From Gemmatimonadales bacterium (GTDB lineage Bacteria > Gemmatimonadota > Gemmatimonadetes > Gemmatimonadales > GWC2-71-9), in contig DATJVM010000034.1 of assembly GCA_035501775.1 (NCBI GenBank), forward strand, positions 44,651-108,650: a stretch of DNA of 64,000 nt, given 5' to 3'. The translations under genes and the position numbers were made by a program. Of the stretch, positions 62,337 to 64,000 are shown one piece after another. The notes below the pieces were generated by a model. The model worked only from the letters and a program-made list of their open reading frames with translations, was not told where the DNA came from and did no database searches. The stretch's first letter is position 1, and every line of letters begins with the position of its first letter.

Positions 62337-63009
62337 GGAGCGGAGTCAGGCCCCTCCGGCCGGTCCTGCACCCGGCCCGCACCGGACAGTCGCCGCAGCG
62401 GGCGACCCGGGCCGTGCAGATGAGCGCCCCGAGCTCCATCACTGCCTGATTGAAGGTCCACGCCGCCTTCCCGGCCCGAGGTTGGAGGGCGCGCGCCGTC
62501 TCCCACACCCGCCGCTCCCCTGCCGCTCCGCGGGAGCGAGGATGGAACACCCGCCGGATCACCCGAGCCACGTTGGTGTCTACCGCCGGGTGCGCCTGCT
62601 CGAAGGCGAAGGTCGCCACCGCGCCCGCGGTATAGGGCCCCACGCCCGGGAGCCGCGCCAGGGCGGCGGGATCGTCGGGCACTCGGCCGCCGTGCTCGGC
62701 CACGACGGTTCGGGCCAGGCGATGCAGGTTGGCCGCGCGGCGATAGTAGCCCAGCCCTTCCCAGGCCTCGCGCACCTCCGTGGCGGCCGCAGCCGCGAGA
62801 ACGTCAATCGTCGGGTAGCGCGCGAGGAAGCGGGCGTAGTACTCGGTCACCCGTTGGACCTGCGTCTGCTGCAGCATGAACTCCGAGACCAGAATGGCGT
62901 ACGGATCACGGGTGCGCCGCCACGGCAGGTCGCGGCCCTGACGCCGGAACCAGGCCGTGAGGCGGCGACGGAAGGTGCTGAGCTCCGAGCTGGCGCGGGC
63001 GCGCGTCAT
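62326..63009 (-). CDS. mutY: HhH-GPD A/G-specific adenine glycosylase-like protein (MutY catalytic domain only)
   Basis: LPWRRTRDPYAILVSEFMLQQTQV, HhH LPGVGPYTAGAV, Asp context VDTNVARV, and the Fe-S loop CTARVARCGDCPVRAGC. At 227 aa it lacks the NUDIX-like C-terminal domain. Confidence 0.75.
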   Translation of the reverse strand: MTRARASSELSTFRRRLTAWFRRQGRDLPWRRTRDPYAILVSEFMLQQTQVQRVTEYYARFLARYPTIDVLAAAAATEVREAWEGLGYYRRAANLHRLARTVVAEHGGRVPDDPAALARLPGVGPYTAGAVATFAFEQAHPAVDTNVARVIRRVFHPRSRGAAGERRVWETARALQPRAGKAAWTFNQAVMELGALICTARVARCGDCPVRAGCRTGRRGLTPLLSI

Positions 63010-63107
63010 GGGCAGATCGAGTCACCGGTGGCGAGGACCCCCAAAGGTAGGAGCTAGGAGCATCGCGCCAAAGGCGGTAAGTTCCTAGCGCTTCATCCCC
63101 GACTCCC

Positions 63108-63893
63108 GTGACCGCTGCCACGTTCGACATCCGCCGCCCGGTGGGCCGAGCCGTACTCGGCGCGCTGGCGCACGTGGGGCGGTTGAGCATGCTGGTGGCG
63201 GAGCTGGTCCGGAACCTGAGCGACTGGCGGGTCTGGCTGCCGCGGACGATGACGGAGGCGTGGAATATCGGGGTGGGGAGCCTCCCCATCATTCTGCTGG
63301 TTGCCTCGTTCGCCGGCGCGGTGACCGCGCTCCAGACGGGATACCAGTTTACCGGCAACATCCCATACTACGTGGCCGGATCGCTCATCGTCGAGTCGGT
63401 GGTGCTGGAGCTGGGCCCCGTGCTCACCGGGTTGATCCTGGCGGGCCGGATCGGGGCCCGCTACGCGGCGGAGCTCGGGACGATGCGCGTCACCGAGCAG
63501 ATCGACGCGCTGGAGACGCTGGGCCGCTCCCCCGCGAGCCACCTGGTGATCCCGCGGGTGCTGGCCGGCATCGTGATGATCCCCATCCTCACGATCATCG
63601 CCAACGTGACCGGGATCCTGTCGGGATGGCTCGCGGTCCGGCAGGTGCTGCCGGTGACCAACTACGACTTCAAGTACGGCGCGCAGGTTTTCTGGCACCC
63701 ATTCGATGCCTGGTACTCGGTGATCAAGGGGTTCGCCTTCGCCGTGTGCATCACCATCATCTCGTGCTACTATGGATTCAGCACCGAGCAGGGGGCGGAA
63801 GGGGTGGGCAAATCGACCACGGGAGCGGTGGTCGCAAGCTGCGTGATGATCCTGCTTCTCGACACGCTCCTTGCCAAGCTCCTGCTCCACTGA
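63108..63893 (+). CDS. mlaE: MlaE-family ABC permease
   Basis: 261 aa; MlaE-like conserved block LGPVLTGLILAGRIGARYAAELGTMRVTEQIDALE. Confidence 0.9.
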   Translation: MTAATFDIRRPVGRAVLGALAHVGRLSMLVAELVRNLSDWRVWLPRTMTEAWNIGVGSLPIILLVASFAGAVTALQTGYQFTGNIPYYVAGSLIVESVVLELGPVLTGLILAGRIGARYAAELGTMRVTEQIDALETLGRSPASHLVIPRVLAGIVMIPILTIIANVTGILSGWLAVRQVLPVTNYDFKYGAQVFWHPFDAWYSVIKGFAFAVCITIISCYYGFSTEQGAEGVGKSTTGAVVASCVMILLLDTLLAKLLLH

Positions 63894-63905
63894 CGACTCG
63901 GCTCC

Positions 63906-64000
63906 ATGATCGAACTTCGCGGCGTCAAGAAGCGCTTCGGCCAGCAGGTGGTGCTCGACGGGGTGGACTTCACCGTCAGGGACGGAGAAACGGTGGCGCT
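63906..64000 (+). CDS. mlaF: ABC ATP-binding protein, MlaF-like (3' end outside window)
   Basis: MIELRGVKKRFGQQVVLDGVDFTVRDGETVA, immediately after mlaE. Only 31 codons are visible. Confidence 0.7.
   Translation, partial: MIELRGVKKRFGQQVVLDGVDFTVRDGETVA

Overview
This is a GC-rich, gene-dense bacterial chromosomal segment (about two-thirds G+C or more by eye, not computed). It comes from a diderm organism, judged from Mla and MacB/FtsX-type ABC genes and an outer-membrane beta-barrel gene; the phylum cannot be determined without a search. All calls rest on reading the ORF translations for signature motifs, gene-boundary geometry and hand-inspected DNA. No database search was possible, and start codons are often uncertain.

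I support about 62 protein genes, one tRNA-Asn(GTT), several promoter/operator/terminator candidates and five loci of an unusual heptanucleotide repeat family.

Main blocks:
1. Mo-hydroxylase maturation genes (xdhC, coxD, coxE, a Mo-cofactor-binding protein), co-oriented with fadD and a GMC oxidoreductase (1.8-11.2 kb).
2. A neutral-lipid / storage-granule island: two split ArsA/Get3-like ATPases, PhaR-like regulator, phasin, patatin, WS/DGAT, ABC1/UbiB kinase, HMG-CoA reductase and a hydrolase (11.2-20.9 kb).
3. A form-II (AYRGAGR) coxSLM-mocA-coxG cluster directly upstream on the same strand (20.9-25.8 kb).
4. A strong promoter-to-terminator unit with no gene (candidate sRNA), next to tRNA-Asn.
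5. A two-gene module of a roughly 1000-aa Eco57I/PglX-like N6-adenine methyltransferase plus an SNF2/SF2 helicase, with no recognisable nuclease (30.4-35.7 kb). This is the best candidate for an uncharacterised defence-like or epigenetic system.
6. Housekeeping and accessory genes: hybrid histidine kinase, glycosyltransferases, ldcA, mntR-mntH, an AttEFGH-like ABC cassette, a TPR/GH-A-like protein plus TPR/beta-barrel pair, crcB-DUF190, nadE, thioesterase-patatin, mutY-like, mlaEF.

The most distinctive sequence-level signal is a mosaic repeat family built from three heptamer modules: GTGAGMG, CAGCGTW and TGAYGGC. It fills five intergenic regions, including a 570-bp block with two 182-bp structured units. 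Copies lie in inverted orientation on either side of the ABC cassette, and some arrays run flush into start and stop codons.
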